A DNA stretch of 41,199 bases from IMG/VR virus record IMGVR_UViG_3300032257_000038, positions 1-41,199 of that record. One strand, written 5' to 3'. Position 1 is the stretch's first letter. Every line of letters starts with the position of its first letter. This document shows, in pieces, positions 1 through 9,574 of the stretch. This DNA is from a virus (taxonomy: Duplodnaviria > Caudoviricetes). The notes under the pieces are model-generated. The model had not been told where the DNA came from. It did not search any database and was given only the letters and a program-made list of their open reading frames with translations. Both the position numbers and the translations under genes were made by a program.

Positions 1-126
1 GACCAGTCTAATTGGCAATCGTTATGTAAGCGACACCATGATGAGAAAACCAGGAGAGGGGAGTGATGATAAAACAATCGCAGGGGGAGGGGGGAGGAAA
101 TCCTTCTAATTATTGCCCCTAGCGAC
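1..126. repeat. Terminal direct repeat, left copy (assembly overlap of a circular or concatemeric genome)
   Basis: 1-126 is identical to 41073-41198; the next base differs (C127 vs A41199). Confidence 0.95.
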
Positions 127-139
127 CGAGTGGGTGGTC
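124..139. other. Putative cos (cohesive end) site
   Basis: GAC-CGAGTGGGTG-GTC dyad between HNH and terS, after a G-rich tract and before a T-run, the position of cos in HK97-like phages; the contig's right end stops exactly at the GAC. Confidence 0.6.
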
Positions 140-199
140 ATTTTTTTACGACCGCAACCTAATAGGTCAAAAAGTAACCAATAATATAAGGAATAAATT

Positions 200-574
200 A
201 TGCCTGGTAAATATCCAACAGCAGTTCAAGAGTTAAAAGGCGCTTACAAAAAAGACCCTCAACGTAAGCCAAAAAACGAGCCGCAGCCAACAGGTGGTCT
301 CGGCAACCCTCCGATTTTTTTCTCACCGACTCAGGCTAGATGCTGGCATGAGCTTGAAGAAATGACACCACCAGGCGTGGCTTTTAATTCAGATCGATTT
401 GTTTATGAGCAAATGGCTGTCTTGCTTGACAAGTCAAGGTCTGAGGGCTTAAACGGAGCGGAGTTAGGTATTTTTATGCGAATGATGTCATCGTGCGGAA
501 TGACTCCAGTTGATCGATCTCGAGTTACTGCTGTAGAAAAAAAGAAGGAGAACCCATTTAGTCAAGTAGGCTAA
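200..574 (+). CDS. terS: Terminase small subunit (P27-like)
   Basis: Precedes terL; PTAVQELKG N-terminus, GMTPVDRSRV and NPF C-terminal motifs. Confidence 0.85.
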   Translation: MPGKYPTAVQELKGAYKKDPQRKPKNEPQPTGGLGNPPIFFSPTQARCWHELEEMTPPGVAFNSDRFVYEQMAVLLDKSRSEGLNGAELGIFMRMMSSCGMTPVDRSRVTAVEKKKENPFSQVG

Positions 575-576
575 CT

Positions 577-2250
577 ATGCGTGACTATACTGAGATCGCA
601 GCCAACTTCGCAGAAAACGTAGTCGATGGCTCAATAATTTCTGGCAAATATGTCAGGCTTAGTTGCCAGAATTTCCTGAATCAAATGGAGAGTCAGCCAA
701 AAGAATTTTATTATGATGCGAAGAAGGCCCACAGTAAGTGCTATTTCATGGAACAGTTTCACCATGTAAAAGGAAGGTGGGCGGCAAAGAGAGAGAAAAT
801 TACTCTTGAGCCATGGCAATGTTATTGGAATGTTAATATATTTGGATGGATGCGAAATGACGATGACCTGCGCAGGTACAGCAGGGCAATGCTTATGGTC
901 GCCAGGAAGAATGGCAAAAGTTTGGTAGCGTCTGCTACTGGTCTTGCTATGCTTGCTGCTGACTGGGAGTACGGGGCAGAAGTCTACTGTGGAGCAACCA
1001 CCGAGAGGCAGGCGATGGAGGTTTTTAACCCCTCTAGGTTAATGGCGATGCAAAATGAAGAGTTCATGTCTCATTACGGGATCACGGTGCAGAAAAAAAG
1101 CATCACGGTGATCCGTAACGGATCAAAGTTTGAGCCTGTCGTTGGCGACCCGGGTGACGGCTCCAATCCTTCGCTCGCCATCATTGATGAGTATCACGAG
1201 CACAAGACAGATCGTGTGGTAGACACCATGCTTACGGGCATGGGAGCCAGAGAGCAGCCATTAATGCTAATAATTTCAACGGCAGGCGACAATATATCTG
1301 GCCCATGTTACCAAATGCAGAAAGAAGCTGAACGAGTGTTAGACGGGGTTCAGGATCAGAATGATTTATTCGCCCTTCTCTTTGTTCCCGATAAAGATGA
1401 TGAGTGGGACGCACATGAAACAATGCTTAAGGCAAACCCTAATTACGGGGTAAGTGTTGGCGATAAATTTTTGAAAGCTCGGCTGGCTGATGCCAAAGCG
1501 AACATAAGGAAAAAGGCAGCCTACCAAATCAAGCACTTAAATATGTGGGTAGGGTCCAGGAATGCTTATTATGATTTGACCAAATGGCAGGGATGTTCGG
1601 CAGATATAAAGCTTGAGGATTATTATAATCATAGAATAATAGTCGGTGTTGACCTTGCCAGTCGTGTTGATATCGCGGCAATATCTATACTTATTCCTTG
1701 TGCTGACGATGAAGGAAAGTATATGCAATTCAGCCGCTTCTTCCTTCCTGAAGAGACTGTCAATTTACCAGAAAATGAGCACTACAGGCAGTGGCGTGAC
1801 GAAGGATGGTTAATTGTCAACGAGGGCAAGACCACAGATATCAACGCGATCAAAGAATATATTGAGTTTCTTTCGGATAATTTTGAGTTATCATTTGTTG
1901 GTTATGATCCAGCCCAGGCCACAGTAATGGCAAAGCAGTTATCCGACGAGGGTATAAACTGCGTAGAGGTCAAGCCAACCGTGCTAAACTTTAGCCAACC
2001 TATGAAAGATTTGGATGCGCACATGAGAGATAAGTCAGTTATTAACGATGGCAACCCGGCAATGACCTGGATGGTTGGTAATGTGGTGGCCAAAGAAGAT
2101 GCTAAGGACAACGTTTACCCTCGCAAAGAGCTGCCAGAAAGCAAGATTGATGGTGTTATTGCACACTTAATGGCGGTTAACTTAATGGATGCTGAGAATG
2201 AAAGCATTCTTCCTGATGATTATAACCTGGCAGTAGCAAATGAAGCGTGA
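577..2250 (+). CDS. terL: Terminase large subunit
   Basis: LEPWQ, VARKNGKS Walker A, IIDEYHEH Walker B, GVDLAS and KIDG nuclease motifs. Confidence 0.97.
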   Translation: MRDYTEIAANFAENVVDGSIISGKYVRLSCQNFLNQMESQPKEFYYDAKKAHSKCYFMEQFHHVKGRWAAKREKITLEPWQCYWNVNIFGWMRNDDDLRRYSRAMLMVARKNGKSLVASATGLAMLAADWEYGAEVYCGATTERQAMEVFNPSRLMAMQNEEFMSHYGITVQKKSITVIRNGSKFEPVVGDPGDGSNPSLAIIDEYHEHKTDRVVDTMLTGMGAREQPLMLIISTAGDNISGPCYQMQKEAERVLDGVQDQNDLFALLFVPDKDDEWDAHETMLKANPNYGVSVGDKFLKARLADAKANIRKKAAYQIKHLNMWVGSRNAYYDLTKWQGCSADIKLEDYYNHRIIVGVDLASRVDIAAISILIPCADDEGKYMQFSRFFLPEETVNLPENEHYRQWRDEGWLIVNEGKTTDINAIKEYIEFLSDNFELSFVGYDPAQATVMAKQLSDEGINCVEVKPTVLNFSQPMKDLDAHMRDKSVINDGNPAMTWMVGNVVAKEDAKDNVYPRKELPESKIDGVIAHLMAVNLMDAENESILPDDYNLAVANEA

Positions 2251-2419
2251 ATTAGTGTATAATATCACTGTCTTAATAGGAATGGCTATGGTTTTTTATG
2301 GCTGCTTTCTCCAAAGTTTATCGCTAGCACTCATGGTAACCGGGGGGTTGATCTTACTAATGAATGTAATCATGCTAATTTTACCAGGATTACTGAATGT
2401 TCTTTATAAACGCAGCTAA
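2240..2419 (+). CDS. Small two-TM membrane protein between terL and portal (59 aa, not in ORF track)
   Basis: Hand translation MKRELVYNITVLIGMAMVFYGCFLQSLSLALMVTGGLILLMNVIMLILPGLLNVLYKRS; overlaps both neighbours; typical of this slot in HK97-like phages. Confidence 0.75.
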   Translation: MKRELVYNITVLIGMAMVFYGCFLQSLSLALMVTGGLILLMNVIMLILPGLLNVLYKRS

Positions 2420-3857
2420 GCCCGGACCTACCGATGACTTTTGGTACGAGCCAATATCTTCATTTGGGTCAGTCACCAAATGCATGTCGCCGACTTCTGC
2501 TATGTCGATCAGTGCTGTGTATGCATGCGTAAAGGTGCTAGCTGAAAGTATTGCCCAGCTACCGCGTGTAATTATAAAAAATACTGGCGTCAAAAAAGAC
2601 CGTGACTCGTCCCACCGGCTATACAATCTAATCCATTCTGCGCCTAATGAGTTCCAAACAGCTTACGAGTGGGCAGAAACATTAATGATGCACCTTGCCT
2701 TATATGGCAATAGTTATCATTTTATAATTTATAGTGACGATGGTTTTCCAGAGCAGCTTATTCCGATTAGCAATGAACGAGTGAAAGTAATTCGGTCGAA
2801 AGATTATTACGCTTATGAAATTGAAGGGTATGATAAGCCATTCGCCAGGTTCGAGATTCTTCATTTCAGAGGGATGTCACTTGATGGCGTAACCGGCATA
2901 AGCCCGATTAAAGAGCAAAGTGCTACACTCAATGGGGCCAAGGCAACCCTTGATTACTCTTCAAGATATTTCGAGACTGATGGCCAGGTTCCTGGATGGA
3001 TTGAATTTCCAGGACGGTTTAAGGATCAAGATCAGCGCACAAATTTTATCCAATCATGGAAGAAATCTCAGGCCGGCGTTAATCGGCGATCGGTAGCCGT
3101 TCTTGAATCAGGCATGAAGTACCATGATGTAGCAATAAGCAACGAAGATGCCCAGCTCATTGAGTCAAGAAAATATCAGGTTGAGGATATCGCTCGTATT
3201 TTCCGTGTTCCGCCCCATAAGATTGGCCACCTTGAGCGCTCAACAAATAATAATATCGAGCACCAGGCTATTGAGTTCGTTCAGGATACCGTGCTTTCTT
3301 GGGCGATAAGGGTTGAGCAAACTTTGCATCGGCAAATTCTGCTTGATTCGCCAACGCACTCGGTTTCATTGATCCTTGACGGCATGCTTCGAGGGGATAC
3401 GAAATCCAGGTATGAATCTTATTCTATCGGGATAAACACAGGATTCTTAACAAGAAATGAAGTACGGTCCATGGAAAACAGAAACCCGCTCCCCGGGCTT
3501 GATGAGCCGATACAGCCATTAAATATGGGCAATGCAGGCGGCAGGAATGATGGCAAGCAAGGTGGCCAGTCTAAGCAATCGCAAAAAGTAATCGAAAGTG
3601 CCATTGAAGCAGCAGCAAAAAAAGAAAGTGGTCTGCTGTCAAAAATAAGCACGGATAATGTTGAGCTACATCTTTCCCAGCTATACCCGAAGCACGCGAC
3701 TTACCTTTCAAAAATATTAGGGATGAGCGGTGTCGAGGCATTTGAATATTGCTCAAATAGGCATGATTCAGTTTTGGCATTAATAAATAAGGGCGACATA
3801 AAGTCAGCGCTATGCCAAGAAACAATAAAATCGGAGTTATCTAAATGCGTTTTCTAG
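2397..3857 (+). CDS. Portal protein, HK97 family
   Basis: AVYACVKVLAESIAQLP, GISPI, IARIFRVPPHKIG, NEVRSMENRNP motifs; C-terminal extension. Confidence 0.97.
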   Translation: MFFINAAKPGPTDDFWYEPISSFGSVTKCMSPTSAMSISAVYACVKVLAESIAQLPRVIIKNTGVKKDRDSSHRLYNLIHSAPNEFQTAYEWAETLMMHLALYGNSYHFIIYSDDGFPEQLIPISNERVKVIRSKDYYAYEIEGYDKPFARFEILHFRGMSLDGVTGISPIKEQSATLNGAKATLDYSSRYFETDGQVPGWIEFPGRFKDQDQRTNFIQSWKKSQAGVNRRSVAVLESGMKYHDVAISNEDAQLIESRKYQVEDIARIFRVPPHKIGHLERSTNNNIEHQAIEFVQDTVLSWAIRVEQTLHRQILLDSPTHSVSLILDGMLRGDTKSRYESYSIGINTGFLTRNEVRSMENRNPLPGLDEPIQPLNMGNAGGRNDGKQGGQSKQSQKVIESAIEAAAKKESGLLSKISTDNVELHLSQLYPKHATYLSKILGMSGVEAFEYCSNRHDSVLALINKGDIKSALCQETIKSELSKCVF

Positions 3858-4744
3858 ATCAAATGCGTGCTCATTCAGATGAGCCTTTAGCAGTAAGCCC
3901 TGACTTCTTCTCGTCGTTTGCCTTTATGGGTAATCATGAATCGGGGTTAGTCGATCAAGATGCCTGGTACGCTAAACTTGAAGCGCGAATGGATTCAGCA
4001 GGCTTTGAACGGACGAAGACCAGGGGTTTATTTACCATTGGGTCTATTGGCGTGATTCCGGTTTCAGGCGCAATCTCTCAGAAATACCATTGGCTTATGG
4101 ATTACTTCGGTGGCACAAGCACAGAAGTAATTGTTAATGCTCTAATTGCTGCAACTAATGACGAAAGCATATCGTCAACAGTGCTTGATATGTCTTCACC
4201 AGGCGGTTCCGTTAGCGGAGTTACTGAGGCAGCAGCGGCCATAAGAAAACTTCGGGACATAAAACAGATCCACGCCATAGCTAACCCATTAGCAGCGAGC
4301 GCAGCCTATGCCATCGCTAGCTCAGCTTCAAAAGTATACGCCACGGCAAGCGCCCAAGTTGGATCGGTGGGCGTTATTGCTACACACTTCAGTCACCAAA
4401 AACAGCTTGAGGATGAAGGCGTTGAGGTGACCATGATAACCGCTGGTAAGCATAAGTCAGAAGGCAACCCATACGAGCCACTAAGCGACGAGGCAAAAAA
4501 AGATATGCAGGCCAAAGTTGATAAATTTTATGATATATTTGTCAGTGATGTGTCGAAAGGCCGAGGGGTAGGTAAGGACGTAGTTAAAGCCTCTTATGGG
4601 CAAGGTCGGGTGCTGACATCCGATAAGGCAAAGAGCGCGGGAATGATTGACGGAGTTTTGACGATGGGTGAGCTAATCCAATCGTTGACTCCAAAAAAGA
4701 AAGCAAGCAATAACGCCAATAGAGTGCGGGTTGCTTCACTGTAA
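3845..4744 (+). CDS. Prohead protease, S49 (SppA-like) peptidase
   Basis: SSPGGSV, AASAAYAIAS, GSVGV, AGKHKS motifs; between portal and capsid. Confidence 0.93.
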   Translation: MRFLDQMRAHSDEPLAVSPDFFSSFAFMGNHESGLVDQDAWYAKLEARMDSAGFERTKTRGLFTIGSIGVIPVSGAISQKYHWLMDYFGGTSTEVIVNALIAATNDESISSTVLDMSSPGGSVSGVTEAAAAIRKLRDIKQIHAIANPLAASAAYAIASSASKVYATASAQVGSVGVIATHFSHQKQLEDEGVEVTMITAGKHKSEGNPYEPLSDEAKKDMQAKVDKFYDIFVSDVSKGRGVGKDVVKASYGQGRVLTSDKAKSAGMIDGVLTMGELIQSLTPKKKASNNANRVRVASL

Positions 4745-4816
4745 TTATCGCTAATCCATTGATTGAGCATAATAACGAAGACTGTAAAAACTAAAATCTG
4801 TAAGAAGGATTTAATT

Positions 4817-6097
4817 ATGAGTAAGAAAATTTTACAATTGAAGCAAAAGAAAGCTGATGTTGTGGCAAAAGCTCGCGGGTTTAGCGACAAAGAAGAGCTT
4901 ACCGCTGAAGAACAAACACAGTTCGATGCGTTAATTTCTGAAGCTGAAACAATAGAAGCTTCCATTGGTCGAGAAGAGAAACTTGCGGCTATGGGTGGCG
5001 ATCCAGATCCTGCTCCTGCTAATTCACATAAAGATGTGGTAATTTCTGGTGGTGAGCCACAAATTGCGCATGATCCGAATCGTGGATTCAAAAACTATGG
5101 CGATTTTTGCCAGGCCGTATATCAAGCCAAGTTATCACCTAACGGCTATGATGAGCGCCTTAAAATTGATGCTGCGTTACCAGGTAATTACAGCAATGAA
5201 AGCGTCGGCGCTGACGGTGGGTTCTTAATCCCGGAAGGTTTTTCTAGTGAGATCGACCGGATCGCCTTCGGACAGGAATCACTTCTCCCTCGGACTCGGA
5301 ATATAAATATTAACGGCAACAGCATGACTTTTAATGCTGATGAGACAACCCCTTGGGGTACGGGCGGAGTTAAAGCTTACTGGGAAGATGAAGCTGCCCA
5401 GGCAACATCAAGTAAGCCAAGCCTGGTGCCTGGCACACAGCGCCTTAACAAGTTGATTGCACTCGTTCCCGTTACTGAGGAACAATTAGCCGACTCTGGC
5501 GCGATGACAGATATGTTAACCATGGCTACTGCTGAATCCATTCAGTGGAAAACCAACGATTCGTTCATTAATGGAACAGGCGCAGGCAAGCCGCTTGGAA
5601 TACTGAATTCTGCTGCGCTAGTTGTTCAAGCTAAAGAGACTGGGCAAACTGCGGCAACCGTCGTGACAAATAACGTGCTTAAGATGTTAAGTCGTCTGCC
5701 TGCGTCGTCTGTTGGCCGGTCAATTTGGCTTATAAATAACGAGGTTTTCCCACAGCTAGCTGGCTTAACAATCGGCAACAATGCAGCCTGGACGTTTGAC
5801 TTATCACAAGCTCCTGGCGGCATGTTGCTTGGCCGACCTGTAATTATCACCCAGTCTTGCAAGCAGCTTGGCACCCAAGGCGATATTGTTCTTGCTGATT
5901 TTCGGTCTTATCGAACGATCACTAAGAGTTCAGGTATAAAACGGGCAGTGAGCATGCATCTTTATTTTGATTATGATGCAGTGGCATTCAAAGCAGTGTT
6001 CCGAGTTGATGGCACGCCTTCTGTGAGCAAGGCTATTCAGCCCAACAATGGATCAACAACGTTGTCGCCGTTCGTCACGCTGGCTGTTCGTGCTTAA
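4817..6097 (+). CDS. Major capsid protein, HK97 fold
   Basis: N-terminal coiled scaffold, DGGFLIPE, GTGAGKPLGIL, LLGRPV; start moved to ATG 4817 behind AAGGA RBS. Confidence 0.96.
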   Translation: MSKKILQLKQKKADVVAKARGFSDKEELTAEEQTQFDALISEAETIEASIGREEKLAAMGGDPDPAPANSHKDVVISGGEPQIAHDPNRGFKNYGDFCQAVYQAKLSPNGYDERLKIDAALPGNYSNESVGADGGFLIPEGFSSEIDRIAFGQESLLPRTRNININGNSMTFNADETTPWGTGGVKAYWEDEAAQATSSKPSLVPGTQRLNKLIALVPVTEEQLADSGAMTDMLTMATAESIQWKTNDSFINGTGAGKPLGILNSAALVVQAKETGQTAATVVTNNVLKMLSRLPASSVGRSIWLINNEVFPQLAGLTIGNNAAWTFDLSQAPGGMLLGRPVIITQSCKQLGTQGDIVLADFRSYRTITKSSGIKRAVSMHLYFDYDAVAFKAVFRVDGTPSVSKAIQPNNGSTTLSPFVTLAVRA

Positions 6098-6118
6098 TAA
6101 TTATCGCGCATAAATAGT

Positions 6119-6142
6119 GGTAGGTCGGGAATTCGGCCTACC
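6119..6142 (+). other. Intergenic RNA hairpin after the capsid gene (stabiliser or weak terminator)
   Basis: GGTAGGTCGG-GAAT-TCGGCCTACC; no U tract. Confidence 0.55.
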
Positions 6143-6160
6143 CATAATAGAGGAAATTTT

Positions 6161-6610
6161 ATGTTAAATTCATTACCTTCAGAAAAGGTGGCGGTTAGCG
6201 GTGTTATTGATCCAGACGCAAATACCGCTGCTACACTAACAACAGAATATGTAAACATGGGCACATTTCAGCGTGCCATGGGAATTATTTTGGCCGGAAC
6301 GCTTGGGTCAAGTGCAACCCTTGACGCTAAATTAGTTCAGGCAACTGATGCTGCTGGCACCGGTAAGAAAGACATTACTGGGAAGGCGATGGTTCAGTTG
6401 ACCCAAGCTGGCTCCGATAGCGACAAGCAAGTGGTGCTGAATGTTCGAGCTTCCGAGCTTGACGCACAGAATGACTTTGCTTTTGTCGCCATTGAAATGA
6501 CGACTGCCGTTGCAACAAGCGATAGCGCTGCTATTTTGCTTGGCATGGACCCTCGCATTGGCGTTGCATCTGATTCAGACCTTGCTTCAGTTGACGAAAT
6601 CGTAGAGTAA
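6161..6610 (+). CDS. Putative capsid decoration/cement protein (beta sandwich)
   Basis: Directly after MCP, strong RBS, beta-rich, followed by a terminator. Confidence 0.65.
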   Translation: MLNSLPSEKVAVSGVIDPDANTAATLTTEYVNMGTFQRAMGIILAGTLGSSATLDAKLVQATDAAGTGKKDITGKAMVQLTQAGSDSDKQVVLNVRASELDAQNDFAFVAIEMTTAVATSDSAAILLGMDPRIGVASDSDLASVDEIVE

Positions 6611-6619
6611 TAAAAACTT

Positions 6620-6642
6620 GAAGGGGTTCGCCCCTTCTCTTT
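6620..6642 (+). terminator. Intrinsic terminator
   Basis: GAAGGGG-TTCG-CCCCTTC followed by TCTTT. Confidence 0.75.
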
Positions 6643-6660
6643 ACCGGAATCGTGTGCTTT

Positions 6661-7209
6661 ATGTCAAAAGTGATCGTTACGCCGCCAGCAAGCTACCCAG
6701 TCTCCTTAGCGGAGGCCAAGGCACAGTTGCGTGAGACTTCCACTGATAACGACACTTACATTACGGCGCTGATCGCTGCGGCAACAGACGAGGCAGAAAA
6801 TTACGTATGGCGCAGGTTCGTTACGCAGACATGGCGGTTGTATTGCCAATTTTTTGGTGAAATAAAAATACCATACGGTTCCTTGCAGTCGGTAACCTCC
6901 GTTAAATATTATGATTCTGACGACGTTCAGCAGACGTTGGCAGCTACCACTTACCAGGTTGACATAAACCGAGAGCCACCAATAATAAGGCTCGCATACG
7001 GTAAGTCGTGGCCTTCAATATATTCCCGTGACGACGCTATTGAGGTCGAGTTTGTTTGTGGGTATACGACAGTGCCAGAATCAATAAAGTATGCCATTTT
7101 AATGAAAATTGAGCTTCTTTACGGAAACTTGGAGGCTGGCGAATACCGCCACTATCAGCGTGCATATGCCGACCTATTACAGCCATATACATTAATGGAT
7201 TTCATATGA
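6661..7209 (+). CDS. Head-tail connector/adaptor protein
   Basis: PVSLAEAKAQLR, LIAAA..AE, VPESIKYAIL, LLQPY motifs. Confidence 0.9.
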   Translation: MSKVIVTPPASYPVSLAEAKAQLRETSTDNDTYITALIAAATDEAENYVWRRFVTQTWRLYCQFFGEIKIPYGSLQSVTSVKYYDSDDVQQTLAATTYQVDINREPPIIRLAYGKSWPSIYSRDDAIEVEFVCGYTTVPESIKYAILMKIELLYGNLEAGEYRHYQRAYADLLQPYTLMDFI

Positions 7210-7541
7210 GGGCAGGTAGAAGAACCAGGTACGTTGAAATCCAAACGCCTACTGAGTCGATAAATGATTATGGGGGAGTCTCTGAGTCATGGGCGACCCA
7301 CGCTTACGCTTATGCCAATATTGACGACGTAAATTCTCCACCAAGCGAAAAGAAGGATGAGGAATTCAAAGAAGGGTACGTCACAACAATAAAAAGAATA
7401 ACCTTTACGGTAAATTATATTGGTGGTGTGACAACAAAAATGCGTGTCGTATATAATGGAAATAACTACTCAATTGAGGCGGTTTATGATCGCGGTGATC
7501 GACGCAGAGAGCTTCAATTGCTGACAAAGGCTGAAAAATGA
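7206..7541 (+). CDS. Head closure (head-tail joining) protein
   Basis: MRAGR start, NDYGG..ESW, MRVVY..YSIEAV motifs; synteny. Confidence 0.88.
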   Translation: MRAGRRTRYVEIQTPTESINDYGGVSESWATHAYAYANIDDVNSPPSEKKDEEFKEGYVTTIKRITFTVNYIGGVTTKMRVVYNGNNYSIEAVYDRGDRRRELQLLTKAEK

Positions 7542-8005
7542 TAGTAACTAGCCAAGGTTTTGAGGAGATAGATCGAAGATTTCGTCGCCTTGGACATAGG
7601 AAGGCCACGTCAATAATGAAGCGCTCGCTGAGAGCTGGCGGAAAACTAATTGTAAAGTCAGCAAAGTCTAAAATAAATAGGCGGTCTGGCACACTAGCAA
7701 GAAGCATTGGGCAGGTCACCAGGAAGGGGAAGTTAGGACAAGTCAGGGTGACAATCGCTGCAAGGAAAGGGAAATCAAAAAGAAATGATGGTTGGTATGC
7801 GCATTTTGTCGAGTTTGGGACTGAGCCGCATGGTATCTCAAGGCGTGATGACTTATCAAGCGGCAGGCCATCAGTGAGAATGCATCCAGGTGCCAGGGCT
7901 ACCCCTTTTATGCGTCCTGCGCTTGACGAGACTGAAAACGACGCACTAAGGGCGATTGAGCAGACGGCCATAGACCTAATTACAGCATCACTGGCGGGAA
8001 GATAA
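7538..8005 (+). CDS. HK97 gp10-like tail completion protein
   Basis: SGTLARSI, WYAHFVEFGT, PFMRPALD motifs. Confidence 0.9.
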   Translation: MIVTSQGFEEIDRRFRRLGHRKATSIMKRSLRAGGKLIVKSAKSKINRRSGTLARSIGQVTRKGKLGQVRVTIAARKGKSKRNDGWYAHFVEFGTEPHGISRRDDLSSGRPSVRMHPGARATPFMRPALDETENDALRAIEQTAIDLITASLAGR

Positions 8006-8006
8006 T

Positions 8007-8405
8007 TTGATCATTCTAAAAGCAGTCAAATCAATACTTAATGCCCATGCTGGGTTGACTGCGCTTGTGTCAACGAGAATTTATCATCAGATTATATCGC
8101 AAGATTCTGTTTTGCCTGCTGTGTCGTTCATGGTGGTGACAAATATTCCGGTCAGTGCAATGGGTGTGGATACCGGTCTTGAGCAGGCTAGAATTCAAAT
8201 CGACTGCCATGGTGATACTGACCAGTCAGCTTTACTTGTGGCGGACCAGGTAAGCTTGGCATTAACCCGGTACAGCGGGGTGGTTGCCACAATAACAATA
8301 CAAGATAGTTTCCGAATTAGCGAGACAGAAGGGTATAATCATGACATTGACGATTTTGTGGTGTCTCATGATTACAAGATATCGTATTTACTGCCAGGGC
8401 TATAG
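8007..8405 (+). CDS. Tail terminator/completion protein (DUF3168-like)
   Basis: LTALVSTRIY, LPAVSF, RIQIDC motifs; synteny; TTG start uncertain. Confidence 0.8.
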   Translation: MIILKAVKSILNAHAGLTALVSTRIYHQIISQDSVLPAVSFMVVTNIPVSAMGVDTGLEQARIQIDCHGDTDQSALLVADQVSLALTRYSGVVATITIQDSFRISETEGYNHDIDDFVVSHDYKISYLLPGL

Positions 8406-8419
8406 CATAAGGTAAAAAA

Positions 8420-9139
8420 ATGGCAACACTGATAAATAACAGCAAAATCTGGTATGATAAATATGACTTCACTGCCAAAATGAATGCTTGCTCAATAGAT
8501 TATTCTGCTGATATGCAGGATGATACTGTTTTCGGCAATGATACCAAGTCAAACAAGCCAGGACTGAAAAACGTAAAAGCTTCGGCAGCAGGATTTTGGG
8601 AGTCTGGTGTGGGTTCGGTTGACGAGGCATTTTTCACGGAGATTGGGCTCTCTGGATCTGTTCTGTCGATATGTCCTTTAGCTGGATCTGTTGGCGACAA
8701 TGTATTCATGTTTAAAACTGCGCTCGGACAATATTCTCCTGGCGGAAGCGTTGGCGACTTGTTGAAATTTGACGTGACCGCAGAAGCCTTTAATTCTGCA
8801 CTGGTTAACGCTACGCTGCTTAATAATTCAATATTATCAGCCAGTGGTAACAGTACAGGATTTCAGTTAGGCGCGGTCCCTGCTGGAAGTAAGCTATATG
8901 CAGGGTTACATGTCATCGGGATAACGGGCACCGCACCATCGCTTGGCGTTACGATTGAAAGTGATGATAATGGAAGCTTTACCACACCAACGACAGTGCT
9001 CACATTTTCAGCTAGTACCGTGATAAACTCACAATGGTTAAGTTTGGACGGCCCCACGACTGACGATTATTTTAGAGCGTCTTTTACCGTGTCAACGGCA
9101 GACACATTTAATGTTATTTTATCTATCGGCATAGCGTAA
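8420..9139 (+). CDS. Tail tube protein paralog 1 with C-terminal beta-sandwich extension
   Basis: N-terminal ~125 aa align with the next gene (SIDYSADMQDDT..G.DTKSNKPGLK; GGSVGDL). Confidence 0.75.
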   Translation: MATLINNSKIWYDKYDFTAKMNACSIDYSADMQDDTVFGNDTKSNKPGLKNVKASAAGFWESGVGSVDEAFFTEIGLSGSVLSICPLAGSVGDNVFMFKTALGQYSPGGSVGDLLKFDVTAEAFNSALVNATLLNNSILSASGNSTGFQLGAVPAGSKLYAGLHVIGITGTAPSLGVTIESDDNGSFTTPTTVLTFSASTVINSQWLSLDGPTTDDYFRASFTVSTADTFNVILSIGIA

Positions 9140-9151
9140 AAAGGAAAACCA

Positions 9152-9574
9152 ATGGCAACTTTAATTTTTAGTGACGCATTCGTGTCAATAAATGCGGTAG
9201 ATCTCTCGGACCATGTTAAGTCTGTATCAATAGATTATAGCGCTGACATGCAAGATGATACCGCCATGGGCCTGGATACCAAATCAAATAAGCCAGGGCT
9301 GAAAGATTGGTCGATGAGCGTTGAGTTTCATCAAGATTTTGCCACGTCTAATGTGGATGCCACCCTTTTCGGCCTGGTTGGTTCAACATTTGCGGTTATC
9401 GTGAGGCCGGTAAAGTCTGTGGTCGTCGGCACTACAAATCCAAATTACACGGCTACCGGCGCGCTTGAAAGCTATAACCCTATTGGCGGGTCAGTTGGAG
9501 ATTTAGCCGGCGTATCTGCATCAATAAAGCCTGCCGGTCAAGCGAATGCAACCTTAGTTAGAGCAACGTCATAA
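9152..9574 (+). CDS. Major tail tube protein (paralog 2)
   Basis: VDLSDHVKSV, GLKDWS, TNPNYT, GGSVGDL; directly precedes the tail chaperone. Confidence 0.8.
   Translation: MATLIFSDAFVSINAVDLSDHVKSVSIDYSADMQDDTAMGLDTKSNKPGLKDWSMSVEFHQDFATSNVDATLFGLVGSTFAVIVRPVKSVVVGTTNPNYTATGALESYNPIGGSVGDLAGVSASIKPAGQANATLVRATS

Noticed and set aside
1-126. Biological terminal repeat or att site
   Set aside because: It cuts through the HNH gene, its length fits an assembler k-mer overlap, and there is no integrase.
4594-5091. Long antisense and alternate-frame ORFs (also 7405-7971, 17375-17845, 34922-35326 and others)
   Set aside because: Shadows of well-supported genes, with no motifs or convincing RBS.
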